Shown piece by piece: positions 1-12,300 of a DNA stretch of 64,000 nt. The first letter of the stretch is position 1. Each line of letters starts with the position of its first letter. Below the pieces are notes generated by a model. The model ran no database searches. It saw only the letters and a program-made list of their open reading frames with translations, and had not been told where the DNA came from. The translations under genes and the position numbers were made by a program. The stretch comes from Eledone cirrhosa (lineage: Eukaryota), in assembly GCA_964016885.1 (NCBI GenBank), contig OZ024743.1:271126001-271190000 (forward strand), read 5' to 3'.

Positions 1-204
1 GCTCTGATTAAATACTGACTTAGTCTGTGACGACCAGTCCAACCGTTGCTAACAGGAAAGAGAAACATTAAATGATGAAGAACATGGTTGATTGAAGAAT
101 TCTGTGCTGTAATTTGGGTGTTTACTAAACATTACAAATAAAATAATCCATATATGGCTTCTACCATAACCTCATGTTGACTCAAGCCATATGAATAAAA
201 TTTG

Positions 205-490
205 GTGGACAGAAAAGCACCCAGCCCACACTGTAAAGTAGACGTGTAGGTGTCATGACAAAAAACACCGTCTACACAGTAAAGTGGTTGTGTAGATGAC
301 ACAACAAAAAGCACCCAGTACTTACATTAAATGAGGTTGGCGTTAGGAAGAGCATCCAGCTGTTGAAACCAAGCCAAAATTAGTTCTGTATGAGCATGAT
401 CACCTGACCTAGCATTGCCCACAAAGGGACAACTCGTCTAACCCATGCTATTGTGAAAGAATGGATGTAAAATGGTGATGATGATCATGA
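205..490 (+). mobile_element. RTE 3' UTR-type fragment (LINE end or RTE-tailed SINE)
   Basis: aaaagcacccagcccacactgtaaag modules, ggttggcgttaggaagagcatccagc, terminal acccatgcta...ggatgtaaa and (GAT)n tail, as at 14690-14939. Confidence 0.7.
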
Positions 491-1350
491 AAAACTGTCG
501 AATGGACTGTACTGATTCTTGGGGCAGTATTGGTATATTTTCTGCAGCCTTTTCTATTATGAATAATTTACAGTCTGTACCCATCATCATTTAGTGTCCG
601 CTTTCCCTGCTAGCAAGGGTTAGATAGGTCTACATAGACCAAGACAGTATTGAATCAGGGCTGACCTCTCAGACAGACCATCAGGTCTTACATTCTATTG
701 AGTGCACAGGAGCTGTTGTCATGTCTTTGACACAGATGAAGGGTCCTCCCAAACCTTTGTTTGGCAAGCTTTCTATGGTTGGATTCCCTTCCTATCCTCA
801 ACCACTTTACAGCATTTACTGGGTGCATATATTATTTAGATCACCAAAACTTGAGAGGTTGTTGCACCATGACATAACTGAAGGGTCCTCTCAACCTTGT
901 TTTTTTTTTTGTAAGATTCTTGATATGATATTGTGTATGGAAATGTTATAGTTGCGATCCTCTGTGCCTCCTCTTCGTTCTGGTCTTATTTTACCTACTC
1001 CTTGTCTTTCTGTCAGTATTCAACAGTCTCATATTTCCAACACATTCTTTCCCATTTTCGCTCCTCTCCTTCTCTCTTTCTCCTTCTCTTCTTGTCTCTT
1101 TCACTCTCATTGCAGTCTTTAAAGAGTTGTCTCCCTTACTTTCTACACTGTTTTTATGGCCAAGTTCCTTATTTAGCGCCCTGCCAACATTACTTAAACA
1201 GACATGTGATCGAAGTCGTACCAGCCGTGAACATCAATGAGGGTGGGTGGAATTAAACTTGTTGTTGGTGATGATGATTATTATGGTAGGAACTTAATGA
1301 TACATACATCAGATGTGAAAATAGATAGTTGTTGATACTGATGTTTCTAG

Positions 1351-1579
1351 TTAACCCTTTAGCATTTAAACCAGCCGTATCCGGCCAGAATTCTCTCACC
1401 TCTTTCCGTTCAAACCAGCCATAACTGGCCACTAATACTGATGTTAAGGTATTGTTCTCAAAATAAATAATATCAAAATCTCATAGATTCGATATTATGT
1501 GAGAGAGTTATTTGAGATAAAGCCTTTACCATGAAAATAAAATAGTAAATACAGGGTAATGTAAATGATAAAGGGTTAT
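1351..1579. mobile_element. piggyBac-type MITE, copy 1
   Basis: Ends ttaa-ccctttagcattta ... taaatgataaaggg-tta(t); 229 bp; colinear with 41761-41989. Confidence 0.7.
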
Positions 1580-1690
1580 TGTACATGTTATTGTTAGTAT
1601 TGTTGATGTTTCTAGATGATGATGATAATATTATTGTTATTTGTTGATGTTATTGTTGAAGCTGTTGTTGATGTTGTTGTTGTTAACCAG

Positions 1691-1776
1691 ATAGCAACAG
1701 TCTACGACAAGAGGAAGCAACAGAATTAGTTTCCTGGATCAAGACAACCCTGACTAACAAAGTGAACAATGTGAAG
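1691..1776 (+). CDS. TRAP1: Internal exon of TRAP1 (mitochondrial HSP90/HSP75), C-terminal region
   Basis: Acceptor ttaaccag|, donor |gtgagt; 86 nt, phase 1 to 0; reads (D)SNSLRQEEATELVSWIKTTLTNKVNNVK, matching the recalled TRAP1 segment [25 protein letters not shown]; splices in frame to 16242. Confidence 0.9.
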
Positions 1777-1847
1777 GTGAGTCTAATCTATATTTCTGTT
1801 TTCTATCTTGTCAAACCATTTTTATTATTATTATTGTCATTATTACT

Positions 1848-2745
1848 GTGGATTGGCAGAATCGGTAGAGCGTCGGACAACATGCTTAGTGACATAGTTA
1901 CGGCCCTTTATGACCTAAGTTCAAATCCCGCTGAGGTTAACTTTGCCTTTCATTCTCACGGGGGTCAATAAAATAAAGTACCAGTCATGCACTGGGGTCG
2001 ATTTAATCGACTTTCCCCTCTCCCAAAATTGCTGGCCTTGTGCCTGTATAAGAAACCATTATTTTATTGTCGTTGTTATTGTGGATTGGCAGAATCGGTA
2101 GAGCGTCGGACAACATGCTTACTGACGTAGAGTTACGGCCCTTTACGTTCTGAGTTCGAATCCCGCCAAGGTTAGCTTTGCCTTTCATCCTTATGGGGTC
2201 AATAAAATAAAGTACCAGTAACACACTGGGGTCGATTTAATCGACTTTTCCCTCCCCTTCAAATTGCTGGCCTTGTGCCTAAAGTAGAAATCATTATTAT
2301 TATTATTATTATGGATTGGCAGTATTGGTAGAGAGTCGGACGTCATGCTTTGATGCATAGAGTTACGGCCCTTGCCATTCTGAGTACAAATCCCACCGAG
2401 GTTAACTTTGCCTTTCATTCTTACGGAGTCGATAAAATAAAGTACCAGTCACGCACTGGGGTCGATTTAATCGACTTTCCCCTCCCCAAAAAATTGCTGG
2501 CCTTGTGCCTAAAGTAGAAACAATTATTATTATCATTATTAATATTATTATTATGAGGGCGGTGTATTGGCAATATCAGTAGAGGTTTGGACACCATGCT
2601 TTCCAGCATAGTTACGTCCCTTTACGGTCTGAGTTCAAATCTCGTCGAGGTTAACTTTGCCTTTCATCCTTACGGGGTCGATAAAATAAAGTACCAGTAA
2701 TGTACTGGGTAATTGCTGGCCTTGTGCCAAAAAAAGTAGAAACAA
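1848..2745 (+). mobile_element. Head-to-tail array of four tRNA-derived SINEs (family A)
   Basis: Each unit: A-box-like tggcagaatcgg, B-box gttcaaatcc, central gcctttcatcc..cggggtcgataaaataaagtaccag, tail gctggccttgtgcc..aagtagaaac, separated by (ATT)n; starts near 1848, 2080, 2312, 2557. Confidence 0.85.
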
Positions 2746-2769
2746 TTATTAATATTATTATTGCAATCA

Positions 2770-3695
2770 CACAGTATAGATGTTTAAACTGGAATTTTTG
2801 TCAAATACAAACACAATCTTATTTGACTTCAGCTATTTGACACATTTCAAGATCAATGTTTTCTCCAACAAGCATGCCCTTTCTATAAAGCTAAATTCTT
2901 TCAATTCTATCTTTTCTAACCACCCTTCTTGACTGATTGACACTCTGCCCAAACTGGTATCATCTCTCTACCTTCCTGCAATTCCAAATTCTCAAACGTT
3001 CATACTGCAATTCATTATACACCCTTTGCTCTTCTTTCTCCTTCTCTTTTCTGGTGTCAATTGAGCAGGCAATATCTATAATCCACACCTTTCTTTCAGT
3101 CCTATTAAGCAGAACAATATCTAGCCTACAGCGTTCAATTACTTTGTCTGTCAGTGTGTGAAAATCCTTCAACCTTTTCATTTTCCAACACCTTTTCAAC
3201 TTTGATGATAATACTGTTACTCAGAGCAGTTGAACTTGCGAGAATGTTTCCAATGGATAATCCAAGCTATTTTGTCATCTCTCCACAATTTATATTACCT
3301 TTGTGCTAGTCATGTACATTCATTGACAATATGTAATTGTTTCGTTCCTTGATCCACATATTTGACACGGATCTGTTTACATTTTCCTCATTAGTATGTT
3401 TTCTGATGTATCTTGTCCTTAGAGAGTGGTCCTGCACAACTATTAAAAATCCTTCTGTTTCTTTTTTCATATAACCTTTTCAGGTCTAATCCCAACTTTT
3501 TCTCCTCACACTGCTTCAATATTCACATAGAGCTTTCCATGAGGTGCTTTATATTTGTACCTCTGTAATCTGGCAGCAATTATGTCTTTCTTTTCTTTAC
3601 TTTCACCAAGCATTTCTTCTCTTTGATACTTTTTTGCTGTCCTTTACATACTATCTTAAACTTTGCTACTTCTATATCAACACAATCTTCTACAC
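2770..3695 (-). pseudogene. Decayed R4-clade non-LTR retrotransposon, 3' part (restriction-like endonuclease)
   Basis: Minus-strand DKVIERCRLDIVLLNRTERKVWIIDIAC resembles the RPDIV...IID RLE motif; reading continues across the hAT insertion from the piece at 11501-11880. Confidence 0.7.
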
Positions 3696-4300
3696 CAAAG
3701 GTTCTCAACCCATTTCAGCCAAACGCCCCCTTTTGCCCCTCAAAATCACAAAACGCCCCCTACCCTATTTTTCCATTTTTCAATATACTACTGATTTTGA
3801 TATCAGTAGATTACTAAAAAATTGATTAACGATATTCCAAAGATACCATTGCAGGCAGTTGAAAGTATAAATACATTCCTTGAAAGGAAGTATATAAATT
3901 TCAAAAAAAGGAACATAAATGTTCTTTTTTATGAATAAGGACCAGTTGAATTTGTTATATTCCCACCAGACGATACCAGCTATTTTGAACATTTATACAA
4001 GAGCAACTCTGTCTATCCAAAGAGTGCTCTTATCTGGAAGAAAGTGGCAATTGTATTATTTCAAAGCCTTCCAATTTTCCCTTTAATGAAAGGGACAGAA
4101 TAAATGTTGATATCTAACTTGATGTCCCCTCCGCTTTGTGAGCTTAGAGACCACGGAAGAGGGTTTTCATGACCACGTAAGAGGGTATATTCATTAGTAA
4201 ATGGTAAAATATATACAACAAATGAGTAAGTGAATTGTGGTAGATGGTTTCCAGTCAGACTGCAACTACAAATAAAAAATCGACTTACTTTGACCTCGTA

Positions 4301-5035
4301 TCAATGGGACCCTTGAGCTTCATGGAGTTTAGCTAACTCTTTGACGTCAGGCTGGATTTTCGTGAGCTGTAGCCGGAGATCTCCACGTGCAATCACATTG
4401 TAGCGTTGCGAGCCTTACTATGCAGTCTGGAAACAATGCCAAACCCCCTCTCGACTAAGTATGAGCTAGGAAAAGGCAAAGCAAATCTCTTAGCCTCTGC
4501 GTGTAGGAGTGGAAATCGACGCTGAATTTCCTCTTGCATCCCAAAAAGGGGTTCACCTATTTTGGAAAATTTAATTTTGATAATGTCATCTGTCTGAAGT
4601 TCAATTAATTCTTCCTGAAATTTAACGTCGAAATCGTCGACGTTAGCTATGAAGGGATCTGCTATCCACATTGGGATGTCCATCTGCAAAAGGTTGACAA
4701 ACCGTTCTCTCATGTTGTCTTGTAGTGCGCGGTATAAATTTGGAGTTGGTCATCGCTCACAATGTTTTGAACATTGGCGACACTAGGAAAATTATAGAAT
4801 TCCCGTCGACAAAGATTCCTTTCGATGACTTTCAATTTGGCCAGGAATATTTTCACAGCATTCCTTGCTTTAAACAAGGTGATCTTCTCCTCCTGCAAAG
4901 CCATAATGAGGCTATTGCATTTATCAAAGATGTCGGCGAGGTAGGCGCAGTCTTGCCTCACATCGAGGGTTTTTTTATACAGTTTTGTGTTGCGTCCTCG
5001 AAGAAACTCAATGATAGAGTCGAACAGTTCAAAGA
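4301..5035 (-). pseudogene. hAT-Charlie/Buster transposase C-terminal fragment, frameshifted
   Basis: AYLADIFDKCNSL...LPFPSSYLVERGFG...RGDLRLQLTKIQPDVKELAKLHEAQGSH-stop; hATC dimerization motif. Confidence 0.85.
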
Positions 5036-5499
5036 AGCAACATGCTACCTAGATTGAAGGTGGTACTTTGAAAAGATTTGTTCAATCCTTCAAGGAATTG
5101 AAGTAATGGAACTACAAAGTGCAATCCAAGAACACATTGGCCCGGAGAGTGACACGTAAGAATAACATTAGCTCTGGATGCAATGTTGGTGCCAAACTCA
5201 TTTGTTGCCTCTTGTAAAGAAATAGGGACATCTGAATAATTGTAAAGAAGGGCTTTGACTGCAGAAAGTCGTGTTAGCCATCGAGTAGGGCACACAGGTG
5301 TTAAGGAGCGTGGTGACGATACTTCATTTTCTTCATCATGTTGTGACAAATACGCTTGCTTAAATTTCTCTGATGTACTATATAGTTTCCGCAATTCATT
5401 CACGTAATCTAGAACAGTTTTGATAAGTGAAGCTTGTTGTACGGACTTAGTTATAATAAGTTGAGAAATATGAATGTCGCAGTACACGTAATGGGCCAA
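5036..5499 (-). pseudogene. Fragment of a second, different hAT transposase (Tip100/Ac/ZMYM1-like)
   Basis: YVYCDIHISQL (degenerate CxxH) and VCPTRWLTRLSAVKALL; style differs from the adjacent Charlie fragment. Confidence 0.65.
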
Positions 5500-5896
5500 A
5501 TCAAGTTATGTTAGAATATTTAAAAAATACCCGTACGAATTAGATACAAAAAAAGTTTCAGTCCAAAACTATTTCAAATTATATATTTATGAAAAATAGA
5601 CGTGAATGTTCTCAAAGACTTGATTTCAGTTGAAAAAGCTTTTTTTTTAATTCTATATTTCACTGTTAGCTGTTGTAATATTTTGATTGGATAAACAATT
5701 CTACAAATCAAACTGTAAAGTCAAAATACAAAAGATGTAAAATATGAAGAATTTTTTACCTTTCTCTGAAATCAGAAATTTTTGGGAAAAATAGTACCTT
5801 GCAAAATAAAATACTTAGCAACGAATGAATTGAGAAGCTTGGAGACAGTGAGAAAGTAGTATTTGTATCCCTTATATATACATAGATAGATACACA

Positions 5897-5948
<52 letters not shown>

Positions 5949-6088
5949 TACACACACGCACACACACTTGTGTGTGTGTGTGCCTTGGCTTGGGTACAGA
6001 AAGAATTTTGTCTACAGTTTTTTATTGCCAGGTCAAAGGCCACTGTTCTTTTCAACAACGCCAAATAACAACGCTCCACACACACTCG

Positions 6089-6125
<37 letters not shown>

Positions 6126-6302
6126 GAAGAGAGAAAGAGGGAGGGACAGAGAAAGTAAGAAATGTGTGTATGTTTGGTACACGTCTATCTAACTATCTAT
6201 CTATCTATCTCCAGCAGGGGGCTCACACATCCGGCCCGTGAACTACTTATCTGTGGCCCATGGTAGAACCAATATTTCATATCGCATTATAACTGGTGAA
6301 AA

Positions 6303-6515
6303 TAAGGCGGCGAGCTGGTGGAATCGTTAGCACATCTGGCAAAATGCTTAATGGTACTTCTTCCGTTTTTACGTTCTGAGTTCAAATTCTGCCGATCTCA
6401 ATTTTGCCTTACATCCTTTTGGGGTCAATGAATTAAGTACCAGTTGTGTACTAGGATCGATGCAATCGACTGAACCCTAAACCCCAAATTGCATGCCTTG
6501 TTCCTATAGTAGAAA
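6303..6515 (+). mobile_element. tRNA-derived SINE family A
   Basis: ggcggcgagctggtggaatcgttag...gagttcaaattc...gccttacatcctttt ggggtc...agtagaaa. Confidence 0.8.
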
Positions 6516-6634
6516 TGATTTTAGCTGGTGAAAATTTTCACCCACCACCACGTTTGGCCCACTGTGCCTCTCCTCCAGGACGTAATAGCCCTTTTGAGAC
6601 CCCTCTTCTACACACACACACATATATATTTTAC

Positions 6635-6885
6635 TTCTTTTCTGTATCTGGACTACGCCCATGCTGGAGCATCACCTTGGTATGTTATGGGGACGTCAAC
6701 AAACCAACAAGCATTGGTGGGAGGGCAAACACAAACGCAAAGACACACACAGACATATACATATATACGACGGGCTTCTTTTAGTTTCGATCTATCAAAT
6801 CCACTCACAGGGCTTTGGTCGGCCTGGGCAGTGGGACTGAACCCGGAAATATGTGGTTGGGAAACAAGTTTCTTGTCACACTGCA
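6635..6885 (-). mobile_element. tRNA-derived SINE family C, internally deleted
   Basis: Reverse strand has a tRNA-like head with ggtttcagtcccactgc and a ccagcatgg...cag tail; related tail pieces at 23520-23670 and 55300-55415. Confidence 0.55.
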
Positions 6886-6984
6886 TATATATATATATAT
6901 ATATATATAACCTTACACACTTAAATATAAATGCACGTATATATATATACAAATGTATAAATGCATAGCTATATACATACGTAA

Positions 6985-7050
6985 ATGTATGTATGTATAT
7001 ATGTATGTATGTATGTAGATTTGTATATATATATATATATATATGTAGAT

Positions 7051-7091
<41 letters not shown>

Positions 7092-7186
7092 GATTTATAT
7101 ATATGTATGTATGTAGATTTATATATATGTATGTATGTAGATTTATATATATGTATGTATGTAGATTTATATATATGTATGTAGAT

Positions 7187-7219
<33 letters not shown>

Positions 7220-7365
7220 GATTTATATATATGTATGTATGTATGTAGATTTATATATATATATGTATGTATGTATGTAGATTTATATATATGTATGTAT
7301 GTAGATTTATATATATATGTATGTATGTAGATTTATATATATGTATGTATGTAGATTTATATATA
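6985..7365. repeat. Compound microsatellite (TATG)n-TAGATT-(TA)n
   Basis: Visible unit atgtatgtatgtagatttatatat; same unit resumes at 8266-8329 and 8672-8697. Confidence 0.9.
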
Positions 7366-8265
7366 TACTAGCATTAAAGCCCGGCGTTGCTCGGGGTCAT
7401 TAAGTTACCAAAGTTAGGTTGCACCACCCATTTTATGGCAGCACTTTTTTGTCTGCCAGGCACTGGGTGAATGAATTGCAGACCTGGAAGCAGGAGCTGC
7501 GCCAGCAGTGACAATTGTAGTTTCGCCTATGGATATTATCTCTGTGCAAAAAAGTGTTGAAATTTATTGTTTCACAGTACTTGCGCAGCACGCGCGTAGA
7601 CGATGCCAGCCGAACAACAGAGCTGCGATGGAGTTGTTCTGCATGGTTGTCTGTGTGTTTTCTAAATTTAAGACAGTAGGGAGGGTTGTGATATGAGGGA
7701 GAGTTAGCTGTTGTTTCTAGCAGGTTTAGTGACCTCATAGAGGATATGTGTTTTCTAAATTTAAGACAGTAGGGAGTGGTGTGATATGGGGGAGAGTTAG
7801 CTGCTGTTTCTAGCAGGTTTAGTGACCTCATAGAAGATATGTTTTCTAAATTTAAGACAGTAGGGAGGGGTGTGATATGGGGGAGAGTTAGCTGCTGTTT
7901 CTAGCAGGTTTAGTGACCTCATAGAGGATATGTGTTTTCTAAATTTAAGACAGTAGGGAGTGGTGTGAACGGACAGTATCACCATCAAGCTTGGAAAGAG
8001 AAAGTAGCAGAAAGTATGAAGTTGTATAGATTTTGAATGGTAGTAGAAAGAGTTCAGCAGTTTCAATGAGAGAGAAAAATCGTAAAATATTGAGTTTTAT
8101 CTATTTTTTGCGTAATTGTGGATGAAATTGAAAAAATTATCTGCGTCAAGACGCAATCGAAACTATTTTGTATACTGAATTGTAAATTTCAATTGAAGAA
8201 ATTCTATATCGTAGATTTCTATAACGAAGGAGCATGACCACACACTGAGCTTTATAGATTATGAT
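7366..8265. mobile_element. Helentron/DINE-1-type non-autonomous element with internal 92-bp tandem repeat
   Basis: Left end actagca..gcccggcgttgctcggg hairpin; right end gctttatagattatgat; ~3.4 copies of a ~92-bp unit at 7655-7965; inserted in a TA-rich tract without obvious TSD. Confidence 0.55.
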
Positions 8266-8329
8266 ATATATGTATGTATGTAGATTTATATATATATATA
8301 TATGTATGTATGTAGATTTATATATATAT

Positions 8330-8671
8330 GGAGGCACATGGCTTAGTGGTTAGAGCATTGGCCCTGCAATCGAAAGGTTGTGAGTTCAATTCTCAGACCG
8401 GGTGATGTGTTGTTTCCTTGAGCAAGACACTTTATTTCACATTGCTCCAGTTTACTCAGCTGTAGAAATGAGATGATAGGGACTGGGGTCCATATCATTC
8501 CACTGCAAAGTGGTCGTGCAAGTGCCACGACAAAAAAGCACCCAGCACTCACTGTAAATGAGGTTGGTGTTAGGAAGGGCATCCAGCTGTAGAAATCAAG
8601 CCAGAATCAGTTCCCGTCCCACCCTTGCAAGCAGGGAAAAAGCAGACGTAAAATGAAATGATGATGATGAT
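8330..8671 (+). mobile_element. tRNA-headed CORE-like SINE with RTE tail (family B)
   Basis: A box tggcttagtgg, B box gagttcaattc, CORE-like tccttgagcaagacactt, RTE-derived tail and (GAT)n. Confidence 0.85.
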
Positions 8672-8697
8672 ATATATATATGTATGTATGTAGATTT

Positions 8698-10871
8698 AAG
8701 TGTGTACTTAATGATGATGGTGTACTTGCCATCACTGACGCTGATAAGAAGGTAGCCTGGAAGTGTCACTACGAAAGGCTACTAAATGAGGAGAATAAAT
8801 GGGAGAAAGACAGTCTCCCACACATTGACCCAATAGAGGGACCAGCAGTGTTAGTCGAAGGTAGTATAATAAGTAAGGCAATCAAAGATATGAAGACGGG
8901 TAAAGTGGCTGGGCCTTCGGAAATAGTTGCTGAAATGCTGAAAGCCTCTGGAACGGATAGTAAACCAAGTCATACAGAATGGGGTTGTTCCGAAGGACTG
9001 GCGTAGCAGCATCATCATTAACTGCTACAAGGCTAAAGGAGATGCCCTAGATAGGAGTAACTATAGAGGCATTAAATTAATCGACCAGGTCATGAAGGTC
9101 ACAGAAAAAGTAATAGCGCAACTAATCAGAGAGAGAATTGATCTAGATGAAATGCAGTTCGGGTTTGTGTCAGGCAAAAGTACCACAAACGCTCTTTTCA
9201 TTGTACGACAACTACAGGAGAAGTACCTAGCTAAAAGTAAACCCCTATACTTAGCTTTCGTTGACTTGGAGAAAGCCTTCGACAGAGTCCCCCGTTCCAT
9301 TATCTGGTGGGCTCTTAGAAAACTAGGTGTTTATGAATGGCTTGTGAGAGCTATACAAGCCATGTATAAAGAAACAGTCAGCAAGGTTAGAATTAACAAC
9401 GAATATAGTGAAGAGTTTAGCGTAAAAGTTGGTGTTCATCAGGGCTCCGTTCTTAGCCCCCTACTATTTATTATTGCCCTTCAGGCTATAACAGTGGAGT
9501 TCAAGACCGGCTGCCCATGGGAACTCCTATACGCAGATGATCTAACACTCATAGCTGAATCAATGGCCGAAATTAGAGAAGAAATTCCAAACATGGAAGC
9601 ATGGCCTAGAATCGAAAGGCCTTAAAATTAACCTGTCTAAGACTAAAGTTCTAGTTTGTAGGAAGGAAAATAGGGCGCCGGTCCCATCCGGGAAATGACC
9701 ATGCTCAGTGTGTAGGAAAGGAGTAGGTAGAAACTCCATTTTATGTCCCAAATGCAAAGTATGGGTGCATAAAAGATGTAGTGGGATCACAGGTAAGCTA
9801 ACTAAGAACATAGATTTTATATGTGGCCGGTGCTCTGGTGCAATAAGTAGCAGCAAGTGCCCACAGAATACTAACTCTTTCAATTGCACAGATGGTTCTA
9901 TAGAAATAGTGGACAGCTTCCGTTACCTGGGTGACAAAATCAGCAGTGGGGGAGGGTGCTCTGAAAGTACAGTAGCTAGAGTTAGAACTGGATGGAAAAA
10001 GTTCAGAGAGCTTATACCACTATTAGCCGCTAAAGGGTTCTCCCTAAAAATGAAAGGCAGGCTGTATGATGCCTGCATACAAATAGCAATGTTGCATGGC
10101 AGTGAGATCTGGGCATTGTGTGCAGAGGATATACGCAGACTAGAGAGGAACGAAGCTTGCATGCTCTGCTGGATGTGTAATAGTAATATACGTGAACGGC
10201 AAAGCATAAACGAACTAAGGGAAAAATTAGAAATAAGAGGGATCAGATGCTGTTTACTCGAGAGAAGACTATGTTGGTATGGTCACGTGATGCGCATGAA
10301 AGACGACAGCTGTATAAAAAAGTGCAGGGCGATCAAAATAGACGGTAGCCACGGAGTAGGCAGACCCAGAAAAACCTGGGACGACTTGATAAATTCCGAC
10401 CTCACACACTTACACCTCTCCAAGACAATGTCACTGGACCGAGATCTTTGGTGCTACACAGTAATAGAGAAGACCCGCCTTACCTAAATACAAAGTAAAA
10501 CCTACTACAGCCAGTAGGCACCTCTAACAAAATGCACCCCCACCCCATCCACACCACCCCTTTCAATGTAAAGTTATGTTAGTACCACAACATCCAGGCC
10601 GAAACAAATGCGATCGTGTAGGTGTCACGACAAAAAAAACACACAGTCAACGCTGTAATGTGGCCGTGTAGGTAACACGGTAAAAACCTCCCAGTTCCAC
10701 ACTGTAAATGTGGTTGGTGTTAGGAAGGGCATCCAGCCGTAGAAAACCCGCCAGACAGTCCTATGCGAGCAAGACAACCACTCTTGCCTCAAGTTGGAAA
10801 ACTCCCGTCCAAACCCATGCAAGCGTGGAATATGGACGTTAAACGATGACGACGATGATGATGATGATGAT
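8698..10871 (+). mobile_element. RTE LINE subfamily A, 5'-truncated, disrupted
   Basis: RT motifs FVDLEKAFDRV, HQGSVLSP, LYADD; PHD finger; GRPRKTW; 3' UTR and (GAT)n tail; frameshifts and stops. Confidence 0.95.
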
Positions 10872-10887
10872 ATATGTATGTATGTGG

Positions 10888-10921
<34 letters not shown>

Positions 10922-11500
10922 CTACATGCATACATACATATATACATACATTTACGTATGTATATAGCTATGCATTTATACATTTGTATATATACATGCG
11001 TTTATATTTAAGTGTGTAAGGATGTTGAAATGATCTATGTCTTCTTTTTTTGGTAAGGAGAACATTTTTGTCGCCAGATTTTATTACCTAGGGAGATTAA
11101 ATACCACACCTCTGGCTGAAAGCTGACCAGGTTCTCAACTTCATCAAACACTAATGCCGGCCTGTGTGTATATATATGTGTGTATGTGTATGTATGGGTA
11201 TATATGTATGTATGTATCTATGTGTGTGTATGTTCACCACCATTGCTTCTTCTTGTCATTTCTGTTGAAGTAGTCCTTACTTTCATTCTCTTTGATTTCT
11301 TTTGATCTTAGGGAGTTCATTGACAAGCTTCTTTAATTTATTTTCTTTGTTTTCTTCATTCAAATCACTGACTAAGAAATGTACAAATATGACTTATAAA
11401 ACTTACCAAACTAAAGGGGCTTCTAGCGCCCTCAAAGTTTCAAACGCCCCCTGGGGGGGGGGGGGGGGGGGGGGATATGCCCCCCCGTTGAGAACCTTTA

Positions 11501-11880
11501 TTCTACACCGATAAGACCTCTCCCTCTCTCCTTCCATGGTAGATACAACCTGACACTATCTCATTTTTTGTTGAGTCTTCTGAACATGGTTAGCATTTAA
11601 TTTATCTTTCAATCCATTTCTTCTAATTCCTCCTTCATCCACAACACTATTCCTGCACCATACCCCACAAGTTTAATGCTGAAATGATGGTTCCTTAATT
11701 CAATTTCAACTTCAGAAGGGCTTTCACCCTTTTATAGTACTCCTTTTGGTTCTGTTTTAAATTTCTTGATTTTTAATCTTGTCTGCTTCAAGAAATTCCC
11801 AGATACTTGTATCTCTTCTGTCCAGTTGCATATGCCATAGTTTCTACATAAACACGGAAACTCAAGTTCTCTCTCCTGAA
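11501..11880 (-). pseudogene. R4-clade LINE, upstream part (RT thumb region)
   Basis: Minus-strand GAGIVLWMKEELEEMD...DSVRLYLPWKERG..GLIGVE, typical R4-type W.KEEL..MD..RLY..RKEGGRGL; joins DCVDIE just left of 3688. Confidence 0.7.
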
Positions 11881-12084
11881 TTTAAATATAGACATTCTAA
11901 AACAAGTTGTTTTATATCAAAGTTGTTTACCAGTTTAGTATAAAAAAAGATGCATTAAATAAAATGAAACCAAAATGAAGAGGGAGACACAAGGCAGAAA
12001 TAATTATTGAAAAGACCATCGAATATGTGGCAAAAGAGTTTTGACAATTAAGTAACCATCCGGTTATTAAACTAACCCAACTAA

Positions 12085-12300
12085 AAATGATTTCTAATCC
12101 AGACACAAAGCCAGTGATTTAAGGGATGAGGAAAGTCAATTGTATCAATCACAGTTCTTGGCTGGTGCATTATTTTATCAACTCCAGAAGTATGAAGGAA
12201 AGGGATGACTTGGGCAGGATTTGGACTCAGGACGTAAAGAGACGGAAGAAATATCACAATGTATTTTTCCAAGATTTTACCAAATCTGCCAATCCATCGC
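12085..12300 (-). mobile_element. Diverged SINE family A
   Basis: Reverse complement of ggcagatttggt...gagtccaaatcc...ggagttgataaaataa. Confidence 0.6.

Larger units (their letters stand above)
3696..11500 (-). mobile_element. Composite hAT DNA transposon (Charlie/Buster-like ends), 7805 bp, with nested insertions
   Basis: TIRs caaaggttctcaac / gttgagaaccttta; perfect 8-bp TSD TTCTACAC at 3688-3695 and 11501-11508; subterminal aaacgccccc repeats at both ends. Confidence 0.9.

Noticed and set aside
8330-8405. tRNA gene
   Set aside because: A and B boxes are present but it is the head of a multi-copy SINE; no complete cloverleaf or terminator.
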